Notes: generated by a model not told the origin, from the letters alone. A DNA stretch of 64,000 nucleotides from an uncultured delta proteobacterium (GCA_963789395.1 CAWBKP010000012.1:1-64000); one strand, 5' to 3'; counted from the stretch's first letter, positions 45,204 through 56,545 are shown. Translations and numbers: made by a program.

Positions 45204-46202
45204 ATGGAAATAGATTCTGATTTTCTTTCTCCGCCGATTCACAGCTTTGCAGGGTTACCGATCTGCCTGCAATTGAACAATTTAGAAGCTGACATTGCAA
45301 TTATTGGACTCCACTATATCAGTCCCTATCCACCGAAAGATCCTGTTACTGAAGCGCAATCTGCGATGGAAACAGCCCCGGATGCCATCCGACTGCAATC
45401 GTCCAGATTTATCGATCATTTGGATCATTATGATTTTGATTTTAATGATGTCCTTTTGGCTGACCGTCCGATTCGGATCGTTGATTGCGGAGATATCGAC
45501 AAGAAGGCAAACAGCGATCTGCAACACCCGGAATATATTACTGCCGCTATTCGTGCAATCTTGGCGCAAGGCGTCTTGCCTATCGCTTTAGGCACTGACG
45601 AGGGTGGGTTCATTCCGTATTTAAAAGCCTTCGATGGCTGCGATGATCTTTGCATCGTGCATATTGATGCCCACATTGATTGGCGGAACGAGCGATATGG
45701 AGTAAGGGAAGGCTACAGTAGCGGCATGCGGCGCGCTTCAGAGATGCCATGGGTAAAATCAATGGCACAAGTTGGTTTGCGCGGTATCGGCAGTGCCAGA
45801 CAGCAGGAGGTGAACGATGCCCTTTCATTTGGAAGCGTGTTTATCCGTGCCCGTGAAGTTCACCAGAAAGGAATCGATGCCTGTGTTGATAAGATCCCGG
45901 CAGCGGGTCACTATTTAATCACCATTGATTCTGATGCATTGGATATTGCCATCGCACCAGGAGTGCTCTTCCCCAGTCCGGGAGGCCTTACCTTTGATGA
46001 AACCACGGACCTGGTGCAAAGCATTGCATCAAAAGGACGGATAGCAGGCATTAGTCTGTTTGAGGTTCGCCCGGAGCTGGATATTAACGGACTGACTGCC
46101 TTAACCGCTGCACAGTTAATAATCAATTTCATCGGTACGCTGTCCCGCAGCGGCCAAAAGGGGGATGAATCCAGTGTTGAATTATCCCTGAACACCGTAT
46201 AA
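45204..46202 (+). CDS. Arginase/agmatinase (ureohydrolase) family protein
   Basis: DCGD, HIDAHIDWR, QVGLRG, IDSDALD, PGGLTF. Confidence 0.9.
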   Translation: MEIDSDFLSPPIHSFAGLPICLQLNNLEADIAIIGLHYISPYPPKDPVTEAQSAMETAPDAIRLQSSRFIDHLDHYDFDFNDVLLADRPIRIVDCGDIDKKANSDLQHPEYITAAIRAILAQGVLPIALGTDEGGFIPYLKAFDGCDDLCIVHIDAHIDWRNERYGVREGYSSGMRRASEMPWVKSMAQVGLRGIGSARQQEVNDALSFGSVFIRAREVHQKGIDACVDKIPAAGHYLITIDSDALDIAIAPGVLFPSPGGLTFDETTDLVQSIASKGRIAGISLFEVRPELDINGLTALTAAQLIINFIGTLSRSGQKGDESSVELSLNTV

Positions 46203-46260
46203 TTAAAATCATCGCGTCGGTTTGAAGGGAGGCGGGCAGGGCTGTGCGATAAAAAAGGAT

Positions 46261-46620
46261 TCATTTGTCGGAAATTTCTAGTCCTGTCTGGGTTATAAAC
46301 GCATTCAGATCATCCAAGTCGTGATGAAGGCCCAGGTCGCTGAACATCATTTTTGCCTTTTTCAGAAGTTCTTTGACCCTGATCTCATCGGCCCCCGCGG
46401 ATGTATTCTTGGTTTCATAGAGGCGCATACCCATTTCAGCATAAATTCTGGCAAGCTGGGGCCGCGCACCCAAACTCTCTCCTTCGCTGATTGCCTTGTG
46501 CCACCATTTCCTCCGCTTCATGCCCAGCCTCCGGATCACACGGTACTGATCAAGTGCCGGAAATCTCTGATGCTCCCGTTCCCTGTACCCCCATGGCTCA
46601 CCACGGATAGCCTTTTATGA
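46261..46620 (-). pseudogene. C-terminal TPR-like fragment of a larger protein
   Basis: KAISEGESLGARPQLARIYAEMG helical repeat; no upstream body. Confidence 0.4.
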
Positions 46621-46831
46621 ATGTGTTTCGTGAATGTCCCGTAAGTCTGGATAGCTGGCTGATATTTTAACCATATAACCATTAAATTCAACATAATAGG
46701 GCGTTATCAACACTCCAGTCGTGCCGGTAGGTGTGGTTTTTACACAGGAAGATGACGCGTTCAACAGTTTTGAAAACAATTGCTGAAGCGTGTTATCGAA
46801 ATGAACAAAAAATCACAAGAGGGAGCTCACT

Positions 46832-47751
46832 GTGAATATTTCAGGTACCGACTGGCAATCAGTCGTTGTATCCCCGGAAAAGGCATTCTGGCCTGCGGGC
46901 CCGCCGAGGTCATGGATTTTATCCGTGGCGCGGAATTATCCGAAGGCGGGCGCACAATCTTTGCGTTGCGCAGCCGGAGCCGGAAAGGAGAGCCGAATAT
47001 CCTTCCCTGTATCGCCGATTTTCCCGATCAATACAGCGTCTTTGAATCCTCAAGCACGGTCGTCACAGAATACGGCTTTGCAAATCTCGAGGGCTGCACC
47101 GTCAGAGAGCGGGCACAGGCATTGATCGACATAGCCCATCCCGACGATCGGGCCAGTCTTATGGAGGCTGCCAGGAATCGAAAAATCGTTTACCACAACC
47201 AGATTTATATGCCGGAGAGTTCCCGTCTTTACCCGGCTGATATCACTTTGGTCCACACATTCCGCAACAACACCCAGGTGCGTTTCCGGGGCATCAGGCC
47301 CTCTGATGAAGAAGAAATGCGGCGTCTGTTTTACCGGTTTTCAGAAGAAGCGGTTTACAACCGGTATCTGCATGCCATCAACAGTATGCCGCACATAAAA
47401 ATACAGGAATATGTCAATGTAGATTAGAGCCAGGTCATGTCCATTGTCGGCGTGGTGGGAGAAGAAAAAAAAGGCCGTATCATTGCAGAGGCCAGGTACA
47501 TCTGAATTACGGCAAACAATTTTGCGGAAATCGTTTTTGTGGTTGACCCGGACTATCAGAAGCTTGGCATTGCATCGTTTCTTTACGGCATGCTGATCCA
47601 GTTGGCAAAGGAACGCGGTATCAGGGGCTTTGTTGCGGACGTATTATTCTCAAATGCCGGTATGATGCACGTGTTTAAAAAATACGGCCCGCCGATAAAG
47701 GCGCACTTAGAAAGCGGAATCTTTGATCTGGTCATTCCATTTGCAGAATAG
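46832..47751 (+). pseudogene. CoA-transferase-GNAT fusion with large internal deletion and two nonsense codons
   Basis: N-terminal DWQSVVVSPEK joined to MDFIRGA..VVTEYGFANL..RAQALIDIAHPDDR; GNAT FRGIRPSD..YQKLGIAS; TAG at 47425 and TGA near 47503. Confidence 0.8.
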
Positions 47752-48045
47752 TGAATACCATTGATACCGTCATGTGTCATAAACCTTATGTCCATGAGGA
47801 CTCCATGTGCCATTAACCATTCGCCTATTTGCCTGTTTTACCTTTCCTCTGTGGTTCGAACGCATTTTAAAACATCCCTCCCACAACCATTGCGCACAAA
47901 ATGGTGCGGGAAGGCAAGTCTTGTATGAACACCGCAATCACTGTGATTGCGCCCTCCCTTACCTGTGGTGAGAAGGGAAGAATGTTGTGAAAACAGGCTA
48001 TGGGCTGTTTTCACACTTATAATTTATTATACGAGGGGATAAAAT

Positions 48046-48477
48046 ATGCTGGATCAAAACGAACTTTTAGTGGGGACAGGGAAGCTTTTTGTCAGAAATT
48101 TCATGGACATCGCTATTAAGACACCATACAGGAAAGGAGACATTCTTTTTCGTGAGGGAGACCCGGCACTAAGTTCATATACGATGATAAGCGGGAAAGT
48201 GAATCTGTATATCCGTACCGGCCATAATATATATACGATCAGCACTCCTGGAGAAGTGTTCGGCTGGTCAAGTATTGTGGAACGAAATGTCTATTCGGCA
48301 ACAGCAGAATGTATGGAACCGTCATTGCTGCTCAGGATAGATAAGAATGTGTTTCACTGTCTGCTTGAAGAACATCCGAAGTGTTCGATCATTTTCTATA
48401 AGAATTTTTCGAAAACATTGGGCAGCCGTCTTCTGGCAAGTTATGATTTTATTTCTTCCGCTTTACCGCCGTCATGA
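48046..48477 (+). CDS. Stand-alone cyclic-nucleotide-binding domain protein
   Basis: GDILFREGDPA, GEVFGWSS, YSATA; no HTH. Confidence 0.8.
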   Translation: MLDQNELLVGTGKLFVRNFMDIAIKTPYRKGDILFREGDPALSSYTMISGKVNLYIRTGHNIYTISTPGEVFGWSSIVERNVYSATAECMEPSLLLRIDKNVFHCLLEEHPKCSIIFYKNFSKTLGSRLLASYDFISSALPPS

Positions 48478-48874
48478 AAAAGATGATGATAACTCCTTCA
48501 AATTGGGTGGGGACGGTAAGTAATTTATTAAAAATAATGAACAGCCGGAATCACCCAATGGCACGTTTCATAATATAGGCCTGCTCAAAGATCTCCTCTC
48601 CAACGCAAAGCCTCCCGGCGATGCCGCTGATCCTGGCTGTGGTTCAGGTCCCGCGGCAGTTCAACGAATAAGGTGACAGTCTCTTGGATGCGGTCAGGAA
48701 AGTTTCCACTGCCCGGTGAGTGCCAATCTCCTCCACCTGTTTGACATTTTAAGAACATTCTTTTGCAACCTGCCGAACATTGCTGTGTCTATTCCATTAA
48801 ACAGTTGACGGGTGATTCCTAAATATCATAAAAGATGATATGTCAAATAAATTCAAAACAAAGCATAAAATCCA

Positions 48875-49525
48875 ATGACCAGTTTATTAATTGCTTTAAA
48901 AATTATTCCAATGATTTTCGCTGCCCTGTTCCCGGTTGTCAATCCAATTGGAACCGCCCTAATTCTTTACGGAATGACCAGAGGGGTTGACGATCAAACA
49001 TGGAAATCGGTTTCGAGAAACATTGCGCTGTATGCGTTTTTTTTGTTATCCGTTTTCTTTTTTTTCGGCGGTTACATTTTGAAGCTGTTTGGAATTTCCA
49101 TTCCGGTCGTTCAGTTTTCTGGTGGGATTACATTGGCATTGATGGGGTGGGGGCTTTTGAACCAGAAGGAGACCAGTGATTCCGTCACCACAGAGAGCGA
49201 CCCTGAATCCTCAATAGAATTGAAGACGTTTTACCCCTTTACCTTTCCTTTGACAGTTGGTCCGGGAGGGTTGGCGGTTGTGTTGACCTTCAGCGCCCAT
49301 TTAAATCGTGAATCCGGACTTCTCTTAACAGTGGAAAAAGGTTCAGCTATTGTCGGCATTTTCCTGACATGCCTGGTTGTTTCCATTTGCTACCGAAAAT
49401 TTAAAATTATGACCAAGAAATTTTCCGCTGCCGGCGCTTTGGCAATATCGAAAATTCTTGCTTTTTTTGTTCTTTGCATCGGAGTTGAAATTGCCTGGGC
49501 AGGCTTTAAAGCCCTTGGTAAATAA
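48875..49525 (+). CDS. MarC family membrane protein
   Basis: LFPVVNPIG, FGISIP, YPFTFPLTVGPG. Confidence 0.92.
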   Translation: MTSLLIALKIIPMIFAALFPVVNPIGTALILYGMTRGVDDQTWKSVSRNIALYAFFLLSVFFFFGGYILKLFGISIPVVQFSGGITLALMGWGLLNQKETSDSVTTESDPESSIELKTFYPFTFPLTVGPGGLAVVLTFSAHLNRESGLLLTVEKGSAIVGIFLTCLVVSICYRKFKIMTKKFSAAGALAISKILAFFVLCIGVEIAWAGFKALGK

Positions 49526-49669
49526 TTACTTGCTCCGCTTGTTGCAGCCTGCATATCCCTCAGGTATAAGGATGTGATATTCGAAGTTCATCAATTCTAT
49601 TCAAGTATTGAAGGTTACACAAGATAATCGTTTCTATAACTTAAAACGAAATAAAGGAGAAAACACGGC

Positions 49670-50260
49670 ATGAAAAAATTCTACTCGGCATTGATTGCAG
49701 GCGTTTTTATGGCAGGGCTTTGCTGCTCCTGCGCAACAACCGACCAGCAGTCAACAAACGCAGACAAACCGGGTGGTATCGTTGCTGACGTAGCTGTATA
49801 CAGAGCCACGGTCTATGCCATTAATTATGAGGCCCGCACCATGGTTGTCAAAGATGCGCAGGGCAATTCTCATTCCATCAAGGCAGGGCCGGAAGTCGTC
49901 AATTTTCCCCAGATTAAGGTTGGCGATGAAATCATTGCGGAAGCATCACAGTCTATCGCTATCTTTGTCGACAAGCCTGAAGCCAAGCCCGCTGCCTCTG
50001 CAAGTCTGAGCGGCGAGGTAATGCTTGCTCCATTGGGCGCCAAGCCCGGCATGGTTGCATCGAAAACGATAGAAATTACGGCTACAGTTCAAAATATCAA
50101 TTACAACACGCGCACCGTGACCCTTATGAAACCGGATGGCACAATCACAACCACGAAGGTAGATCCACGCGTTAAGAAATTCGACAATATTAAAACAGGC
50201 GATCAGGTGTATATGCAACTCACCGAGGAAATTGCGATCAGAGTTCAAACCCAAAATTAG
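49670..50260 (+). CDS. Hypothetical lipoprotein with two internal beta-rich repeats
   Basis: Signal peptide ending CSC; repeats ATVYAINYEART..IKVGDEI and ATVQNINYNTRT..IKTGDQV. Confidence 0.75.
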   Translation: MKKFYSALIAGVFMAGLCCSCATTDQQSTNADKPGGIVADVAVYRATVYAINYEARTMVVKDAQGNSHSIKAGPEVVNFPQIKVGDEIIAEASQSIAIFVDKPEAKPAASASLSGEVMLAPLGAKPGMVASKTIEITATVQNINYNTRTVTLMKPDGTITTTKVDPRVKKFDNIKTGDQVYMQLTEEIAIRVQTQN

Positions 50261-50349
50261 CCCGGATCGCCCGGCACCCGGATTTGCTTTTCTTGATCGG
50301 TCAAAACAAAAAACCTCAAATCTGTAAATTTGTTTATTCAGCGTAAGAT

Positions 50350-51402
50350 ATGTTCAATAAAATTAATCTGGGTGAGATCGAGCGGGTGCGCCTTGTTCTG
50401 CGTGGCGGGTCGGCGATCGACTGGAGACGGCTGAATGTCTCATCGATTGATGAATGCCGTGCAATCCTGCAAGCCAATGCGTTTGATCCGGATGACCCTG
50501 CTGATGCAGCCCGTCTTGCTGATATCCGCCAACGCGCCATTGACTATCTGGAACGTAATTTCGGGTTCACTTTTGCCGCTGAAATTGTCGATTCGCCCCG
50601 GATGATTGATCTTATGCTCCTTTCCGCCGGAAAGGACCCGGTGCTGCAGCCTCAGGCATGTACGGTACTGAAACTCATGCATGTCATCCATCACTTGGAT
50701 GCTCGGAAACTCCGGCATAAACTGGCTGTATCGGACCATGAGCTTTATCACCTGGTCGAGGAAAAGGCCATGGCTGTCGCACGGGACATGAAAGATCTCG
50801 GATTTCAGATTGTGGTGTTTGCCAGCAGTCAGAAAACATACGATTCCCTTATCACGAAACTTATCAGCAAAAGGCAGACGATCCGGGCGCATGTATTCGA
50901 TATGCTCCGCTTTCGCATCGTAACAAAAACCATTCAAGACATCGTCCCGGTGGTCGCTTATTTATGTCAGCACCTTTTCCCATTTAACTACACGGTCCCG
51001 GGCGAAAGCCGTAATTCAATCTTTAATTTCCCGGACTTTGTCCGGGCCAACCCCGACATTTCGCCCCTGATACCGAAACTTCAGATCAGCCTTGAGTTCG
51101 AGGATGAGATGCGTCCGTTAGCGGATGCAAATACGAGCAATGAATTCCGGACAGTCAAATTCGTTGCAGATGTGCCGATCCGCGTGGATGAACAGCGGCT
51201 GCAATCATGGGCGCCCGGTGGAGGCGCAGCACCTGGAATCATCTACATGCTTGCAGAATTTCAGATAGTTGACCAGGCTACCCATCGAAGAAACGACTGC
51301 GGCACAGCATGCCATGAGAAATATGAAGCCCGCCGGTTGGCAAAAGTACGCAGGCGACTTGTCCAGGGGAGAATGAAATGGAGAGACACAGACGGCTTAT
51401 AG
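50350..51402 (+). CDS. TIGR04552-like protein (RelA/SpoT-type nucleotidyltransferase fold)
   Basis: LVLRGGSAIDWRRL, KTYDSLITKL, FDMLRFRIVT, LFPFNY..PGESRN, EFQIVD. Confidence 0.7.
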   Translation: MFNKINLGEIERVRLVLRGGSAIDWRRLNVSSIDECRAILQANAFDPDDPADAARLADIRQRAIDYLERNFGFTFAAEIVDSPRMIDLMLLSAGKDPVLQPQACTVLKLMHVIHHLDARKLRHKLAVSDHELYHLVEEKAMAVARDMKDLGFQIVVFASSQKTYDSLITKLISKRQTIRAHVFDMLRFRIVTKTIQDIVPVVAYLCQHLFPFNYTVPGESRNSIFNFPDFVRANPDISPLIPKLQISLEFEDEMRPLADANTSNEFRTVKFVADVPIRVDEQRLQSWAPGGGAAPGIIYMLAEFQIVDQATHRRNDCGTACHEKYEARRLAKVRRRLVQGRMKWRDTDGL

Positions 51403-51474
51403 CCAATGTCGATCCAGGGCAACCGATCGGCGGATCTTACAGGAAACAAGTGGAAGATTGGGGGAGCAGAGAAT

Positions 51475-52422
51475 ATGAAAATACTTTTTGCCGCTCATGA
51501 GCGCAGCTGGGGTGGATTTTTTGGCATGATCCGATCCGAACTGCCCGAGCATCAATTTGAAGCAACCGGAAGATTCGGGGTGGACAGCCTGAAAGGCTGC
51601 GATATTCTGATCCCCACCATGTGTCAGGTGACCCGGGAACTGCTTGAAACCGGTGATCGTCTGAAACTCATCCAGCAATGCGGATCCGGACTGGAAGGTG
51701 TTGATATCCCGGCTGCCCTGGAACGGAACATTCATGTCGCCAATGTCCCCACTGACTTATCCGGCAATGCCGGATCCGTGGCGGAATTAGGGATTTTCAT
51801 GCTGATCGGGCTCTCGAGAGATCTGCGAGGCATGGCAAAGAGCTTGGCAAATTGCAAAATGGGAGAGCCGCAGGGAAGGGCCCTGAGCGGCAAAACCGTG
51901 GGACTGGTGGGCTTGGGCGGCATCGGGCAGGCGATCATCGGCAGACTCAAGCCATTTGGTGTGCGTTTGATTGCGATCAAACGAAGCGACCCGGAAAAAG
52001 CAATGAAAGCGCACGGACTGGAATGGGTCGGTACCCCCGGGGATTTGTCGGAGCTGCTGGGTCGATCGGACTTTGTGATACTTTGTCTGCCCGTTTCCAA
52101 TGAAACCCGGTACCTCATGAATCGTGAAACATTCTCTCATATGAAGCAAGGCGCTTTCCTGATCAACCTGGCAAGGGGGGGACTCGTGGATCGCGATGCG
52201 CTTGCGGATGCTCTTGCCTCCGGCAAAATCGCGGGAGCCGGTTTGGACGTTTTCTGGGAGGAACCCCCGGACCCGAATGATCCCATTTTTGCGTACAATG
52301 TGCTGGCAACGCCACATATTGGCGGTTCAACGGATGTTTCGATGCAGGGAATTGTCAAGGCGGTGGCTGAAAATATCCGCAGAATCGAAAACAACATAAA
52401 GCCGCTCCATCTGAAGAGGTAA
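51475..52422 (+). CDS. D-isomer-specific 2-hydroxyacid dehydrogenase
   Basis: GLGGIG, LINLARG, GLDVFWEEP, TPHIGG. Confidence 0.93.
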   Translation: MKILFAAHERSWGGFFGMIRSELPEHQFEATGRFGVDSLKGCDILIPTMCQVTRELLETGDRLKLIQQCGSGLEGVDIPAALERNIHVANVPTDLSGNAGSVAELGIFMLIGLSRDLRGMAKSLANCKMGEPQGRALSGKTVGLVGLGGIGQAIIGRLKPFGVRLIAIKRSDPEKAMKAHGLEWVGTPGDLSELLGRSDFVILCLPVSNETRYLMNRETFSHMKQGAFLINLARGGLVDRDALADALASGKIAGAGLDVFWEEPPDPNDPIFAYNVLATPHIGGSTDVSMQGIVKAVAENIRRIENNIKPLHLKR

Positions 52423-52530
52423 TGAGCTTAACTGCCCGTCATTGCGACAGTATTCATTTATTGCCCTATTGAAGACCATAAGGTGCGCTCAAGAATTTGT
52501 GCAAGAAGTGTAACCCCGTCAAAATATGAA

Positions 52531-54402
52531 TTACGAATACCCTGTGAAAATTTCGGGATTCGCGGCGGTCCAGGCCTTATCGAGCTCTTCCATGTCGATC
52601 TCCCGGTCTTTTTTCATCAACTCCTCCAGATTGGCATTGTGCTGCTGGTACATGGAAAAGTATTTGTCCTCATCCTGGCGATTCATCCGGTACAGCTCCG
52701 GCATGGCGTCCCTGTCCTTTTTTCGAAACAGCCGCCTGATTTTGTAGGCTTCGTACGGGTCGAACCCGAGCAGCTGCAGGGCGTCCTGGCCAAGCGTCAG
52801 GGCGGTCCCGAATGTTTCCCGGCGGATGGTGGAGATGCCCAGGTCCATGAACTCAAACGCTGCACGCCGATCCACCGCACTGACTGCGATCTTGAGTCGC
52901 GGATAATGCTTTTGCACCAGTTTGACCAGTTCCATCGATTTTTCATGATCGCCAAGGGTGATGATGATCAGCTCGGCGTGGGCAGCACCGGCCGATTCCA
53001 GTAGATCGAGGCGTGTGGCGTCACCGTAATAGACTTCAAAACCGAATCGGCGCAATATCTCCACGTTGGCTTCGTTGTGATCGAGAATGGTCGGCTTGAT
53101 GCCGACGGAGATGAGCAGCCGGCCGAGATCCGTGCCCAGTCGGCCAAACCCGGCCAGAATGACCGATCGCCCTTTGTGTTCGATGGTGTCCGCCGGACGC
53201 AGGATCCCGGAAGACTTCAGGCGAGGCGAGATCAGACGCTCGTGCATCAGAAAGAGCAGGGGAGCCAGAAACATGGATATGGCCACGACGCAGATAAGCG
53301 TCTCGGTCAGCGGCTGCGGCAGAACGCCATTCAGCCTGGCGAACTGGAAAAGGACAAAGGCGAATTCTCCGCCCTGAGCCAGGGCGAACGCAAAAAGCCA
53401 GCGCTCGTTTCCGGGCATTCTGAATGTTTTGGCGATGCCGAGCAGCACGATGGCTTTTGTCAGCATCAGCGCGGTCACCAACCCGACGATCAGCCAGAAC
53501 TGTGCGAGAACAAGAGTGAAATTGAGGCTGGCGCCGATGGAGATAAAGAATATGCCCAGCAGAAGTCCCTTGAACGGCTCGATATCGCTTTCCAGTTCGT
53601 GCCGGTACTCACTGTCGGCAAGCACGACCCCGGCAATGAAGGCGCCCAGTGCGGGCGACAGGCCCACGGCAGTCATCAGCAGGGAAATGCCGATGACCAG
53701 CGCCAGGGCCGCCGCAACAAAGATTTCCCGCACGCGTGCGGCGGCGATGGCGCGAAATAAGGGTCTGCTGGCATATCTTCCGAGTACATAGATAAAGGCA
53801 ATTGCCAGCACAACGACAATGAGGCGCTGGTAGGCAGGAAGCGCGGTGATGTCAAAAAGTCCGCTGCCGTGACCGGTACGGAGGGCCACTGCCGTTGTTG
53901 TCAACAGCGGCATGATTGCCAGCATGGGAATGACAGCCAGGTCCTGAAACAGGAGTACGGAGAATATCGACTGGCCCGGTGAGGTGCTGATCAGCCCCTT
54001 TTCGCGCAGGGTCTGCAGGACGATGGCCGTGGAAGACAGGGCCAGAATGAGCCCGATGGCAACGGCCTGCCGCCAGGGCAGGACAAGCGCGGTAGTCAGC
54101 CCTATCATCGCGGATGTCACCAGAACCTGGCTGCCGCCCATGCCCAGAATCGGCGTGTGCATCTGCCAGAGCAAGGATGGTTTGAGTTCCAGGCCGATCA
54201 GAAATAGCATCATCACGACCCCGAATTCGGTGAAATGCATCACCGCTTCGATATCGTCGATGAGAGACAGACCGAACGGTCCAATGACGATACCGGCGAT
54301 CAGATATCCGAGAACGGAGCCCAGCCTGCATTTGCGGGCAACCGGAACTGCGATTGCCGCGGCGGCAAGATAAATGAGCAGCTTCAGCAGAAACGCTTCC
54401 AT
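52531..54402 (-). CDS. kefC: CPA2 potassium/proton antiporter KefC/KefB with RCK domain
   Basis: [56 protein letters not shown]. Confidence 0.92.
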   Translation of the reverse strand: MEAFLLKLLIYLAAAAIAVPVARKCRLGSVLGYLIAGIVIGPFGLSLIDDIEAVMHFTEFGVVMMLFLIGLELKPSLLWQMHTPILGMGGSQVLVTSAMIGLTTALVLPWRQAVAIGLILALSSTAIVLQTLREKGLISTSPGQSIFSVLLFQDLAVIPMLAIMPLLTTTAVALRTGHGSGLFDITALPAYQRLIVVVLAIAFIYVLGRYASRPLFRAIAAARVREIFVAAALALVIGISLLMTAVGLSPALGAFIAGVVLADSEYRHELESDIEPFKGLLLGIFFISIGASLNFTLVLAQFWLIVGLVTALMLTKAIVLLGIAKTFRMPGNERWLFAFALAQGGEFAFVLFQFARLNGVLPQPLTETLICVVAISMFLAPLLFLMHERLISPRLKSSGILRPADTIEHKGRSVILAGFGRLGTDLGRLLISVGIKPTILDHNEANVEILRRFGFEVYYGDATRLDLLESAGAAHAELIIITLGDHEKSMELVKLVQKHYPRLKIAVSAVDRRAAFEFMDLGISTIRRETFGTALTLGQDALQLLGFDPYEAYKIRRLFRKKDRDAMPELYRMNRQDEDKYFSMYQQHNANLEELMKKDREIDMEELDKAWTAANPEIFTGYS

Positions 54403-54405
54403 GGT

Positions 54406-55017
54406 TTAAGCCTCGTTGATGATGGTTGTGTCAAGCGACTGGTTGAGCAACTCGCCACTTCGGACCTGATCCAGGTTTAATCGATTGTCCCGCAGAGCGA
54501 TGAGCGTTCGGCGGTAATCCTCGGCGTGTCGAACCCGCTCTGTTTTCGGAACCCCCCGGTAAATGCCAAGTACCGCAAAAGGCGGCAGCCAGTCCATTCC
54601 GCACTGGTTGGCGGTTGCCCGGTAAGGCGTGGTCAATTCTCTGATGGTGAACTGATTCGATCCGTTTGCGCGATAATTGACGGAATCGCCTCCGGCGGTC
54701 AATGCCTGAAAGGTGATTTTGCCTGCCAGGGCACGCCGGGTAGCACCGTACGCCCAGCCGTATTCAAGAACCAGGTCAAGCCATTCCTTGATGATGGACG
54801 GGGTTGAATACCAGTAGAAAGGGTGCTGGAAGACAATGACGTCATGGCTTTCACAAAGCTGCTGTTCTTGGGAAACATCGATGAGAAAGTCGGGATAGCT
54901 GGCGTAGAGGTCGTGAAAGGTAATCCCCTCCAGTGTTTCCACGGCCTCGCGCAGGGCGGCATTGATGGCTGAGCGTTTGAAAGCCGGATGGCCGAAGAGG
55001 ATCAAAATCTTTTTCAT
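54406..55017 (-). CDS. kefF: KefF/KefG-type NAD(P)H oxidoreductase
   Basis: [32 protein letters not shown]; directly upstream of kefC. Confidence 0.88.
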   Translation of the reverse strand: MKKILILFGHPAFKRSAINAALREAVETLEGITFHDLYASYPDFLIDVSQEQQLCESHDVIVFQHPFYWYSTPSIIKEWLDLVLEYGWAYGATRRALAGKITFQALTAGGDSVNYRANGSNQFTIRELTTPYRATANQCGMDWLPPFAVLGIYRGVPKTERVRHAEDYRRTLIALRDNRLNLDQVRSGELLNQSLDTTIINEA

Positions 55018-55451
55018 ATCTGCCTCCGTTTCTGATGCTGCGGCGCATAGATTGCCTTATTCCATCTATCCGCCGGTTCAGGCATTTGGAAAATCCGGAT
55101 GAATAGTGACATGACGGATCATTCCCGGGAATTCCAGGCAAAACTCTGGTGCACCTTATCAACAATTAATAAAAAAATACACAGGGAGTTCATAGCTGTG
55201 AACAGGCACGCAGATCATAATTTAATTTGAAACTATATGTCTGAAGGCGTAATAATGGAAGAAGCCATGGTTCACTTGAAATCGCCGGGGTCAGCTGTTT
55301 ATCTGCGGATCGGATTGGATTCGCAGAAAGCCCGCTTTGCGTTCGGTCTGAAAGGGGGGTGCAGCGGATGCCTGGCTCGGAAGAGGTGGTCATGGCAGTT
55401 CGGGATGCAATGAACCAATGGACAACTCAAAAAACCAGGTAATAAAATAAA

Positions 55452-55658
55452 ATGAACAACGCATCGACCTTAATCTGGGGAGTGATTTTCGGCTCAATCG
55501 GTTTAGGTTTTTTTGTTTATGGCAAAAAACAAAAAGCGGTTATCCCGCTTGTTAGCGGCATCGGATTAATGCTATTTCCGTATTTCATATCAAATATATA
55601 CGTCCTTGTTCTTTCAGGTAGTGTTTTGATCGTATTGCCTTTTGTTATTAAATTTTAG
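55452..55658 (+). CDS. Small membrane protein
   Basis: 68 aa, hydrophobic, GSIGLGFFVYGKKQ..PYF. Confidence 0.7.
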   Translation: MNNASTLIWGVIFGSIGLGFFVYGKKQKAVIPLVSGIGLMLFPYFISNIYVLVLSGSVLIVLPFVIKF

Positions 55659-55701
55659 ACGGATAGTTGCCGTCGTCTCGCTGATCAAGGAGGATAATAA
55701 A

Positions 55702-55932
55702 ATGAAAAAATGGATGAAATATTGTACCGTTCCAGCGTTATTCTTTGCAACGCCCGCATATGCATCTGCCATGACGCAATTTGAACCTTTTGTTCCAATG
55801 CTGATGTCCTTCCTGTTTCTACTTGTATTGTTTCTGGTTTTCCGGGAAGTCGTGTGCTGGTATTGGAAAATTAATGTCAGAATAGAGCTGCTTACTGAAA
55901 TAAGAGATTTGCTGAAAAATCAGGCGAAATAA
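55702..55932 (+). CDS. Small membrane protein
   Basis: AGGAGG ribosome-binding site; REVVCWYWKIN..LLTEIRDLL. Confidence 0.65.
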   Translation: MKKWMKYCTVPALFFATPAYASAMTQFEPFVPMLMSFLFLLVLFLVFREVVCWYWKINVRIELLTEIRDLLKNQAK

Positions 55933-55981
55933 CGCAATGCATGGAAAATACGATCCGCTCTCTTTTCAAAGATATCATACT

Positions 55982-56059
55982 GAATTCCGGGGACCCCCAC
56001 GTAATTTCTTGCTGACTTCGAATTTGTTCAAGAAATTTAGTATGCTGTCACCAGATATC
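55982..56059. repeat. Palindromic repeat family 3, copy 1
   Basis: gaattccggggac..aatttcttg/caagaaatt..gtcaccagatatc. Confidence 0.55.
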
Positions 56060-56092
56060 ATGCCCCTCTGATAAATTGACAAGGAAACAGAC

Positions 56093-56545
56093 GTGAAAAT
56101 AAGGCCTTTTCAATTGCAGGATCAACAAAGCGTTGTGAAGCTCTGGAACAAATGCGGGCTTGTCGTATCACACAATAATCCCATCCGGGACATTGATCGC
56201 AAGTTGATGGTTAACCCGGAATGGTTTTTGATCGGTGAACTTGACGGCGATGTGATAGCAACATGCATGGCCGGGTTCGAAGGTCATCGGGGTTGGATCA
56301 ACTACCTGGCGGTCAGACCTGATTTACAGGGCCATGGATTTGGCAAAATGATCATGGAGCGCGCAGAGACGATGCTTAAAGCTGCAGGATGTCCGAAGAT
56401 CAATCTGCAGATTCGGTCTACCAACCAGAAAGTCATCGGTTTCTACCAAAGTTTAGGGTACAGGCAGGATCCTGTGGTATGTATGGGCAAGCGACTGATA
56501 CCCGATAATTCGAGTGCTGACGAAGGAAGTGGTTATATTCCGTAA
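56093..56545 (+). CDS. GNAT acetyltransferase (YpeA-like)
   Basis: GFEGHRGWINYLAV, QGHGFG, GCPKINLQIR, FYQSLGY. Confidence 0.92.
   Translation: MKIRPFQLQDQQSVVKLWNKCGLVVSHNNPIRDIDRKLMVNPEWFLIGELDGDVIATCMAGFEGHRGWINYLAVRPDLQGHGFGKMIMERAETMLKAAGCPKINLQIRSTNQKVIGFYQSLGYRQDPVVCMGKRLIPDNSSADEGSGYIP

Noticed and set aside
47425..47505. In-frame TAG and TGA as pyrrolysine or selenocysteine recoding
   Set aside because: Two different stops fall at probable Trp and Arg codons (one transition each) in a gene that also has a large deletion; pseudogene is simpler.
55256..55414. Small ORF of about 52 aa with CxxC (MEEAMVHL...GCSGC)
   Set aside because: No clear ribosome-binding site or recognisable family; unsupported.
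55452..56545. Integron cassette array
   Set aside because: No integrase and no convincing RYYYAAC...GTTRRRY attC sites.
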